Of a DNA stretch of 64,000 nt, positions 56,976 through 64,000 are shown piece after piece. The position numbers and the translations under genes were made by a program. The DNA comes from an uncultured Gammaproteobacteria bacterium (GTDB taxonomy: Bacteria; Pseudomonadota; Gammaproteobacteria; Steroidobacterales; Steroidobacteraceae). Positions within the stretch are counted from its first letter, which is position 1. Each line of letters opens with the position of its first letter. Below the pieces are notes generated by a model that was not told where the DNA came from, did not search any database, and saw nothing but the letters and a program-made list of their open reading frames with translations. Location: positions 1,305,707 through 1,369,706 of the forward strand of contig CAVXKO010000004.1 in NCBI GenBank assembly GCA_963762315.1, read 5' to 3'.

Positions 56976-58415
56976 ATGTCCATCGATCGTCGCAGGTTCC
57001 TCCTCGGTACGGCCGCAGCCACCAGCCTCGCCTGGTTCCCGCGCACCAGGGCCGCATCGGTCACGGAGACCGCCGATGTCATCGTCATCGGGGCCGGGCT
57101 CTCCGGCCTGCAAGCGGCGCTCCAACTGGAACAAGCCGGACTGCGCGTGCTGGTGCTGGAGGGACGCGACCGCGTCGGCGGCAAGATCCTGACGTTCTCG
57201 AACGTGCAAGGCGTGCCGGAAGCCGGAGGCAACACCATCGGCGGGGATTACCAGCGCCTGATGGCGCTGGCGCCGCGCATAGGCATCACCCTCGAGGATC
57301 AAGTTCCTCGCATGGGAAAGCACGCGGATTTCACGCTCGTCCTCGATGGTGCGCCGATGTCGAAGGCCCAGTGGCACGACTCACCGCGCAATCCGTTCAA
57401 GGCTCCGCTGCGTGAATTGATGCCGTGGCAGTACGCTCCGACGGTGTTCAATCGCGCCAATCCCCTCAAGACGGTCGACGGCTGGTATTCGCCATCGAAC
57501 GCTCCCCTCGACATCTCGGTGGAGGACTTCCTGCGAGCGCAGGGAGCCGACGACGAGACGATCAAGATCGCGTACGACGCGTTGCCGACCTATGGGATGA
57601 ATGCGCGCGATGTCTCCGCGCTGCTGCTGGCGTGCGTGGCAAAGTTCACCGGCGTGCAACGCGACGCGAAACCGGCGCTGTACCAGGCGAAAGGGGGCAA
57701 CCAGCGCATTCCCGAAGCGATGGCCGGGCAACTCAAGCAAGGCGTGCGTTTCGGGAAGACGGTCAGGTCGATCGAAAACGGCAAGGGTGGCGTGCAGGTG
57801 CGCACTCGCAGCGGCGAGCGCTACACAGCCAAGGCAGCCGTCTGCGCCCTGCCCTTTGCGATCGTGCGCCAGCTCGACCTGAAGCCTTCGCTTTCGGGAG
57901 AACAGGCGCGCGCGGTCCGCACCCTGCCCCACCAGTTGATTCACCAGACCGCCCTGCACGTGTCACGTCCATTCTGGGAGACGGATGGCCTGGCGCCCTC
58001 CATGTGGACCAACTCGCCCATCGGGCGCGTCGCAGCCATCTACCACGGGCAGACGGATGACGAGGTCTCGAGCCTGCTGGTCACATCGTTCGGTCCCGGC
58101 GCCGCGCAGCTCGACCGCATGGATCGCGAGACGGCCGCGCGGTACGTGGTCTCGACGATCGAATCGATGCGGCCCGCCGCCCGGGGAACGCTGCAGGTGA
58201 TCGCCCAGCAGTCCTGGGCGCAGGACCCGTTCAGCCTGGGCGCCTGGAGCTACTTCCATCCCGGCACGGTGACGAAGTTCCTGCCCGCGATGAACCAGCC
58301 GAACGGCCGGATCCACTTCTGCGGCGAGCAGACGGCGCTGGGGGCACGAGGCATGGAAGGCGCGCTCGAGTCCGGCGCCCGGGCGGCGAAGGAAGTCTTG
58401 TCGGCGCTGTCCTGA
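56976..58415 (+). CDS. Flavin-containing amine oxidase-family protein with twin-arginine signal peptide
   Basis: MSIDRRRFLLGTAAATSLAW (Tat motif); DVIVIGAGLSGLQAALQLEQAGLRVLVLEGRDRVGGK dinucleotide fold; C-terminal IHFCGEQTA... typical of amine oxidases. Confidence 0.8.
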   Translation: MSIDRRRFLLGTAAATSLAWFPRTRAASVTETADVIVIGAGLSGLQAALQLEQAGLRVLVLEGRDRVGGKILTFSNVQGVPEAGGNTIGGDYQRLMALAPRIGITLEDQVPRMGKHADFTLVLDGAPMSKAQWHDSPRNPFKAPLRELMPWQYAPTVFNRANPLKTVDGWYSPSNAPLDISVEDFLRAQGADDETIKIAYDALPTYGMNARDVSALLLACVAKFTGVQRDAKPALYQAKGGNQRIPEAMAGQLKQGVRFGKTVRSIENGKGGVQVRTRSGERYTAKAAVCALPFAIVRQLDLKPSLSGEQARAVRTLPHQLIHQTALHVSRPFWETDGLAPSMWTNSPIGRVAAIYHGQTDDEVSSLLVTSFGPGAAQLDRMDRETAARYVVSTIESMRPAARGTLQVIAQQSWAQDPFSLGAWSYFHPGTVTKFLPAMNQPNGRIHFCGEQTALGARGMEGALESGARAAKEVLSALS

Positions 58416-58750
58416 ACTCGGCGAGACCCACCCCGAGGAGCGCGAGCGAGCCTGGCTCCGGCACCGAGCGGTATTGCAGGCGGACGACCATGTCGTCGTG
58501 GTCGTCGTCCATGTTCGCGCCCGAGTCGTCCCAAAACAGCCAGGCCGTGTTGGCGTCGGTGATACGCATGGCGATCGACTGAAACGAGCCGAGAACGGTC
58601 GTGTCGTTGCCCGCGTTCGTCAGGCTGCCGACGAATCTCTGACCGCTGTAAGCAATGAAAGCTGAACGACAGCGCGCCGGCCGAGGCCAGCAACAGAGCC
58701 CCTCCGAGGACGAACGCGCTCAACGAGTTCCTGCTCTTCACGATGCTCTC
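58416..58750 (-). pseudogene. Small secreted PEP-CTERM protein gene, frameshifted (near 58653) and lacking the end of its sorting signal
   Basis: GTG 58750: VKSRNSLSAFVLGGALLLASAGALSFSF (signal peptide), then a frame change to IAYSGQRFVGSLTNAGNDTT...DDSGANMDDDHDDMVVRLQYRSVPEPGSLALLGVGLA. The usual basic tail (RRR) is missing, and the reading frame runs antisense into the amine-oxidase gene. Confidence 0.5.
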
Positions 58751-59137
58751 TACCCATATGACCAAACGCCGGTGGCAGCAGTGGCCGGCTTGTGTGATTC
58801 CAGCGGTATGGGTACAGGAGCAGGAAATATTCCATCTGTCTTTCTGTATATTTTTCAATTGTTTATGGCACTGAAATAATGTATTTTGTGAGGTTTCCCG
58901 ACGCCAAGGCCCGGGTTATGTCTTGAACCCATTCGGGTACGAGCGTCGATGCGCGCGGCCACGCATTGCAGAACTTCTTCCAACCCGCCTGGGCAACCTT
59001 CGACTCCTCCCCAGCCCGACGCATGACGCGATTCAGGGCCCGAGTTCCTGCACACGCGGAAGGGGTCGGGAGGCCATCCGCTTTTCTTGTACCATCTTGC
59101 GAAATTCGCGATCCGATCCTGTTACCGGAGGCGCCCG

Positions 59138-59410
59138 ATGTCCCTGACGACGATGCTAGTGACGCTTGTCATCTTCGTCATCGGCGTTGCGATCGGGTGG
59201 CGCTTGCGCGTCGGAAGCCTCTACGCGCTCTTCTTCCTGATCCTCGCCTTTGCCGCGCTCGACTACGCCGTCGAGAAGATCACGCTGTGGCCGAGGACTC
59301 ATTGGGTGATCGTCGATCTGATCGCGGTCCAGATCGGGTATTTCATCGGCGCCGCGCTCGGATTCGTCATGGCAGAGCGCAAGGCTCGCAATCGCCGCGA
59401 GCCCGGCTGA
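59138..59410 (+). CDS. Small hypothetical membrane protein (about 3 TM segments)
   Basis: ATG 59138 lies 6 nt after GGAGG. MSLTTMLVTLVIFVIGVAIGW..LYALFFLILAFAAL..VIVDLIAVQIGYFIGAALGFV. No recognisable family. Confidence 0.45.
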   Translation: MSLTTMLVTLVIFVIGVAIGWRLRVGSLYALFFLILAFAALDYAVEKITLWPRTHWVIVDLIAVQIGYFIGAALGFVMAERKARNRREPG

Positions 59411-59670
59411 GGTCGCCGCAGCCGCACTTCCATCGCCGCTTCGGGGAACGGTCGAACGCTCCCGCGGCCGCTGTCGCAAATGGCCGCCGGGCCCGGGCAG
59501 GCACGACTCAGCAGGCATCCTCAGCGGCGCAGCGGGTGCGCTGGCCGATGTCTGCGTGCGCAATCAACGTCACATCCGGCATCACGTCCGGTATCACCGT
59601 GCCGAGAACAGTGCTCGCCGGCATCGACTGTGCCAGGAATCACGTTTTTCGGCGACGGATTGCGGATAGC

Positions 59671-60801
59671 ATGTTTGCCCGGCGCCTGCCGCGACAGCGG
59701 TCGATTGTGCCGAGGGAGAGTCCGCGATTGAACGACGATGGCGACAATTCGAACGCCGGGACACCGCAGGTCGGTTCGCGAGTCACCTTGGCGATCGTGC
59801 CTCGCGAACGCTTCAGCTATGCCATCCCCTCGCTGGAGAGCGTGCTTGCCAATACCGACCCGTCGGTGGCCACGGTTTACGTCGATGGTCGATCCCCGAG
59901 CGACGTTGAATTCTTCGTCCGTGATGTAGCGAGTGACCGCGCGGGATTCCAGCACCTGCGATTCGACCGCTATCTGACCCCGAATGAGGCGCGAAATGTC
60001 GCGCTCGACACGGTGGACACGGAGTTCGTGGCTTTCGTCGACAACGATCTCGTCGTCGAACCGGGCTGGCTCGAGGCACTGGTGAAATGTGCCGACGAGA
60101 CCGGTGCCTCAGTGGTCGGGCCGCTCTACCTCGAGGGTGGTGCGCACGATGCACGAATCCACATGGCCGGCGGCATTGCGCATATCGAGCAGCGAGGGCA
60201 CGACCGGTATCTGAAGGAGGGGCACACTTGCCCGCATGCTTCCCGGGCAGACGTTGTCGGGCAGTTGACGCGCACGCCCACGGAACTGCTCGAGTTTCAC
60301 TGCATGCTGGTCCGGACGAGTGTCTTTCACGCCCTGGGCAGGCTCGACCCTCGGCTCCTGAGTGTTCACGAACATGTGGATCTGTGCCTGAATGTCCGGG
60401 CGGCAGGGGGAAGCGTCTACCTCGAGCCGGCATCGGTCGTCCGCTACAGCTTCGAGGGGCCACTGCGCCTTTCTGACCTGCCTTACGTCGCGCTGCGCTG
60501 GAGCGATGACTGGACCGTGCGGGCGCTCGAGGCATTCCGGCAGAAGTGGGCACTCGCCGCGGACGACCCGAGCCTCGGCTATTCGTGGCAGTTTGGCCGG
60601 ACCCACCGCAAGGTCCTGATGAAGCAATTCCTGCCGCGCAAGCTCAGGCGTTCGCGACTGGGGGCAGCGATCGCCATGTGCATCGAACATGTCGCGTTGA
60701 TGGTCGGTCGCTCCCGGTACCGACGGTCCGCCGGGAACGAGCAGCTCGCGATGCGAACGGCCGATCCGCTGCGTGTCCTGGTCGATGCCGCGCCAAGCTA
60801 G
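59671..60801 (+). CDS. Glycosyltransferase family 2-like protein
   Basis: VTLAIVPRERFSYAIPSLESVLANTD and FVAFVDNDLVVEPGWL (DxD) fit a GT-A fold N-domain. ATG 59671 is a guess; the track ORF extends to 58966 through low-complexity sequence. Confidence 0.6.
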   Translation: MFARRLPRQRSIVPRESPRLNDDGDNSNAGTPQVGSRVTLAIVPRERFSYAIPSLESVLANTDPSVATVYVDGRSPSDVEFFVRDVASDRAGFQHLRFDRYLTPNEARNVALDTVDTEFVAFVDNDLVVEPGWLEALVKCADETGASVVGPLYLEGGAHDARIHMAGGIAHIEQRGHDRYLKEGHTCPHASRADVVGQLTRTPTELLEFHCMLVRTSVFHALGRLDPRLLSVHEHVDLCLNVRAAGGSVYLEPASVVRYSFEGPLRLSDLPYVALRWSDDWTVRALEAFRQKWALAADDPSLGYSWQFGRTHRKVLMKQFLPRKLRRSRLGAAIAMCIEHVALMVGRSRYRRSAGNEQLAMRTADPLRVLVDAAPS

Positions 60802-61305
60802 CTATCGGGCGCGGCCGCCCGATGCATGGGCCGGGCCACGGCTCGCGTTCACTGCGACTGGTCCGCGACGCCTGCGGACAGGTGGTGCTTGGAGGCTAGG
60901 GTCACGCCCCCAAAGTCGGTCTAAGCCACTGATTCTGCGAAAGCCACTGGATCTGACGTACACGACATACCCCCAAAGATACCCCCGCGTTGGTCTTGCT
61001 GCCCTCGGTTCAAGCAGGCTTTCTTCGGACGTCAACTCAGCCGCCCTCGCCCCTTCCCACGCTGCCTCAATCTCCGCGATCCACGCCTGCCGCTCATGAT
61101 CTGACAGGTTCATCCGGTTGATGCTGTCGATCGCCTGCCGGACCAGCCGCGCCAGCCCGTCCAGGTCGCCGACGTCGGGAACGTCATCATCCATGCCCCG
61201 GACCGTGCCGCGCCCCGTGGAGGGTGTCTCCGCGCATTTCTGCTGCGTTGGACCAAAGAGAAACCCCGGCGCCGGGCCGGGGCCGAGAGGACCATCAGTC
61301 GAGCA

Positions 61306-61887
61306 TCACTGGTGTGCGCCGATTGCCGACACCGCGAGGTTGCAGCCCTGATTGATGCGCCCTCCGCCCATCGTCACGTCGAGTCGCTGGACGACAGAGG
61401 AACCTGCCGGAATTTCAATCGGCACCGGAAATGGCAGCACGATCGATTGAAACTGCCCCGGCGACCAGGTCATCATGCCGATTCGTTGTGAGGTTGCGCC
61501 GCCGTTAATCGACAGCCAGTACATGGCAGAACAGCTCGCGGCCTTGTAATCATCGTCCATGGGAAATGCCGCGCTGGCCGGTTCGAAGATCACGTTCCAT
61601 ATCAGGAACCGGTCATTCAATGTGACCGGCGCCGTGTCGGTGCAAGTCTTCGATTCCGACCAATAGCTTGGCGGCTCTGTGGTTCGCCTGAGCAGACACC
61701 AGACGGGAGGTCTAAGACCGTCAAATTTCGCAAATGGGATCACTGCCTGCGTAGGTACCACCGGCACCGTATTTCCGACCGTCACCGGCAGCGGCACGTT
61801 CTGCACCGTCACCGGCGCACCACTCGGACCAGGACTTGCCGAAAACGATGCGAACGCAAGCGCGATACCAAAGAGCATCCTTCTCAT
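61306..61887 (-). CDS. Hypothetical secreted protein
   Basis: ATG 61887 after GGAGGGAG. Signal peptide MRRMLFGIALAFASFSASPG. Lower-GC codon usage than the core region. No recognisable domain. Confidence 0.5.
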   Translation of the reverse strand: MRRMLFGIALAFASFSASPGPSGAPVTVQNVPLPVTVGNTVPVVPTQAVIPFAKFDGLRPPVWCLLRRTTEPPSYWSESKTCTDTAPVTLNDRFLIWNVIFEPASAAFPMDDDYKAASCSAMYWLSINGGATSQRIGMMTWSPGQFQSIVLPFPVPIEIPAGSSVVQRLDVTMGGGRINQGCNLAVSAIGAHQ

Positions 61888-62211
61888 GGCTCCCTCCATC
61901 CTCCCTGAGGCTGGGCGCGCCACGAACGGCGCGTCGTCCGCCCTGTTCAGGGCCACGCTAGCGCGAGCCGTCGAACACTCACATTCGGACTGTCGGAAAC
62001 GGGGCAGGTATTAATCGGTGACCCGGCTCGTCCAGTGAGTCTTTTGCGCTTCGATCGATGGCGCGTCCTCCCTCGCCGACAATCGGTGGTCCGACACGGG
62101 TTCCAATCTTTCGTTTCAAGGTCCACGCGTAGGCTCCCCCGTCAAGTAGACAGTCGATAACCAGACTCCACCGGACGGTTGACGTTGGTCCCGTTCGTAG
62201 ACAGCGTCGAT

Positions 62212-63063
62212 CTAGAGTTCCGCCGATCTCTGGGCCCGATGCTCCTGACGGTTTCGAACGAACTCGCTGGGTGTCAGGTGCCCCAGTGAGCTATGGGGTC
62301 GTCGCTGATTGTAATCGACTCGCCAGGCCTCGATCTTTGCCCGTGCATCGTCCAGCGACAGGAACTGCATGACGTTCAGGCACTCGTCTCGTAGCCGACC
62401 ATTAAACGATTCGACATGCCCGTTTTCCATGGGTTTTCCGGGTCGGATGAAGTCGAGCTTCACGCCACGACGCCAAGCCCATTCCTCGAGTGCCTTGGAC
62501 GTGAACTCGGAGCCGTGATCGACGGTGATCGACAGCGGCGCCGGCATGTCAGTGGTGCGCGCCTCCAAGGCCCTGGCGACTCGCTGACCGGACATCGCAA
62601 AATCGACCTCAATCAACGGACTCTCGCGACTCAACTGATCGACCACCGTGAGGATGCGGAGCGGCCGGCCGTCGAACAGCTGATCGTGCACAAAATCCAT
62701 GCTCCAGCGCTCGTGCGGAGCGCTCGGCACGGGCACCGGACCACGGTGAAGGCACATGTGCTTGCGTCGGCGAATGCGGGTACGCAGCTGCAGCCCGTCC
62801 AGCCGGTAAAGACGTCGAACGCGCTTCTTGTTCACCGGCCAGCCCTCCCGTCGCAGCATCACGTGGATGCGTTGGTAGCCGAACCGCGGTCTGGCGTGGG
62901 CGATCTCGCGGATGCGCAGGCGCAAGGCCGACTGGTCCGTAGCGATGCTCTTGCGATAGAACCCCGCCCGAGAGAATCGCGCCAGCCGACAGGCCCGCAC
63001 CGTGCTCACCTGAAAGCGCTCTTTCATCCAGCCCGCCAGCACACGGCGCCGGGCGGGCTTCAA
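62212..63063 (-). CDS. IS3-family transposase OrfB (DDE integrase core)
   Basis: [67 protein letters not shown]. Confidence 0.9.
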   Translation of the reverse strand: MKPARRRVLAGWMKERFQVSTVRACRLARFSRAGFYRKSIATDQSALRLRIREIAHARPRFGYQRIHVMLRREGWPVNKKRVRRLYRLDGLQLRTRIRRRKHMCLHRGPVPVPSAPHERWSMDFVHDQLFDGRPLRILTVVDQLSRESPLIEVDFAMSGQRVARALEARTTDMPAPLSITVDHGSEFTSKALEEWAWRRGVKLDFIRPGKPMENGHVESFNGRLRDECLNVMQFLSLDDARAKIEAWRVDYNQRRPHSSLGHLTPSEFVRNRQEHRAQRSAEL

Positions 63064-63326
63064 AGCTTTTTTCGGATCACTTCCCCCAGGATGTGCTTGT
63101 CCAGGGTGAGATCGGCCACCAGGCGCTTCAGGCGGGCGTTCTCATCGCGCAGCTGGCGGAGCTCGCGGATCTCGGTGAGTCCGAGTTGGCCGTACTTCTT
63201 CTTCCAGACGTAGAAGCTCGCCTCGCTCACGCCCATCTGCCGGCAGACGTCGGCAACCGGCGAACCGCCCTCGGCCTGACGCAGCGCAAAGGCGATCTGC
63301 TCCTCGGTGTACCTCGACTTCTTCAT
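63060..63326 (-). CDS. IS3-family transposase OrfA (HTH)
   Basis: [49 protein letters not shown] plus a leucine-zipper-like [18 protein letters not shown]. Confidence 0.9.
   Translation of the reverse strand: MKKSRYTEEQIAFALRQAEGGSPVADVCRQMGVSEASFYVWKKKYGQLGLTEIRELRQLRDENARLKRLVADLTLDKHILGEVIRKKL
63066..63072 (-). other. Programmed -1 ribosomal frameshift heptamer A AAA AAG at the orfA/orfB junction
   Basis: The minus-strand sequence CGAAAAAAGCTTTGAAG reads ..R K K L stop in the orfA frame. After a -1 slip it reads [10 protein letters not shown], which is the orfB frame. Confidence 0.7.
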
Positions 63327-63571
63327 GCCCTCATCTCCGTTGCTGAGGACCCGAGAAGCCAGCTTAGTCCAGTTCTAATCTGTCGTCGAAAAGTGGGGTG
63401 ACGTCACACGGATGGCGCAGAAAGCCGCCGCCGAATACGTCAATGTCACCAGGCTGCTAGCGAGGTAGCGCGTACGCTCTTCGGTCCATCGCCCGCCCCG
63501 CTTCGGTGGATAACCCAGAAATTGAAACCCCGGCGCGGGGCCGGGGTCCTGTTTCGCGTCAAGCGTGTCGC

Positions 63572-64000
63572 TTACGCTTTGCGTCGTCGGCTCAGCCCGA
63601 GACTCGCGAGCCCAAGTCCAAGCAGCGCAAGCGTGCCGGGTTCGGGGACGGTGGTGCCATTCGGGACACGCTCCATCACGTAGCCACGGGCAAATCCAAA
63701 CATCTCGCCGAGGTTGTTAGGCGCGTCGTTCCACGCCCAGCTGCCGGAATGCAGATCCATGGCGAGGTAGTCCTCATTGCCCGAATTGTTCGGTTCCCCG
63801 GCCCACCAGTCGGTGAACGAAAACGGGGTTCCATCGACCCAAACAAAAGTGCCTTCGCTCACCTGGTCGGTAGCGCCGAGCCAGAAGTGGGAACGAGAGG
63901 CCAGGCTCGAATTCAGTAGCGACTCGACGAAGTCATTCTCGTCAGATGATCCGATGGTCGCCGGATACCAACCCGATGACTGTGCCGCGGCATTTGCACT
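63572..64000 (-). CDS. C-type lectin-like domain protein with PEP-CTERM sorting signal; 5' end outside the window
   Basis: The frame is open to base 64000. WLGATDQVSEGTFVWVDGTPFSFTDWWAGEPNNSGNEDYLAMDLHSGSWAWNDAP is a CLECT-like WIGL / EPN / WND pattern. The C-terminus VPEPGTLALLGLGLASLGLSRRRKA is a complete PEP-CTERM signal. Confidence 0.7.
   Translation of the reverse strand, partial: SANAAAQSSGWYPATIGSSDENDFVESLLNSSLASRSHFWLGATDQVSEGTFVWVDGTPFSFTDWWAGEPNNSGNEDYLAMDLHSGSWAWNDAPNNLGEMFGFARGYVMERVPNGTTVPEPGTLALLGLGLASLGLSRRRKA

Larger units (their letters stand above)
62130..63405 (-). mobile_element. IS3-family insertion sequence (IS407-like size, about 1.27 kb); ends approximate
   Basis: orfA/orfB pair with a slippery heptamer. 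Imperfect terminal inverted repeats lie around 62131-62157 (..CTCCCCCGTCAAGTAGACAG) and 63379-63405 (CTGTCGTCGAAAAGTGGGGTGACGTCA). I could not define the target duplication. Confidence 0.75.

Noticed and set aside
60990-61030. A tRNA fragment (GGTTCAAGC-like T-arm) as an island integration site.
   Set aside because: There is no acceptor-stem complement or CCA-proximal sequence, so the resemblance is limited to a few bases.
60802-61194. A 130-aa minus-strand ORF, together with the duplicated GGGGGTAT motif (about 60960-60990) that recalls leader or arm-type repeats seen upstream of some tyrosine integrase genes.
   Set aside because: No integrase or tRNA gene is present. The C-terminal half of the ORF is low-complexity read-through. 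Only the first about 65 aa look protein-like and have no recognisable family. This is too weak to call a gene or an att site.
63506-63919. A 137-aa plus-strand ORF at the window end.
   Set aside because: It is antisense to the clearly conserved C-type lectin / PEP-CTERM gene and has no motifs.

Overview
Visibly GC-rich (not computed) proteobacterial-type chromosomal segment dominated by methylated-amine and one-carbon catabolism. It holds four dimethylglycine/sarcosine-dehydrogenase-family paralogs (one partial at the 5' edge, one intact, two interrupted). It also holds two heterotetrameric sarcosine oxidase operons (soxBDAG) and two non-pyrrolysine MttB-family methyltransferase genes. A compact cluster at 33.6-39.7 kb encodes a corrinoid protein, DUF1638, MetV/MetF, a methyl-THF methyltransferase and a RACo-like activase. 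Also present are purU, fdhD, and a ProXWV-type betaine ABC importer co-oriented with a TonB-dependent receptor and an mttB homolog. Other content: cytochrome bd oxidase, an acyl-CoA synthetase, GbdR-like AraC and LysR regulators, a second TonB receptor with a TPR-sulfotransferase, an MFS transporter, an SDR/FGGY-kinase/FAD-oxidase trio and a Tat-exported flavin amine oxidase. From about 58416 to the end the context changes to a patchy, lower-GC accessory segment with PEP-CTERM proteins, a GT2-like glycosyltransferase, hypothetical proteins and an IS3-family element. Three structural points stand out. (1) About 15 single-base frameshifts interrupt otherwise well-conserved genes, concentrated at 14-23.4 kb. 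(2) A ~115 bp perfect composite palindrome occurs twice, at 3.8 kb and 39.7 kb. (3) A 125-bp-period hairpin (REP-like) array lies at 32.0-32.3 kb. The most interesting candidate system is the cobalamin-dependent methyl-transfer module together with the adjacent transporter/TonB-receptor/mttB operon. All functional calls rest on motif and family recognition by eye; no searches were run.
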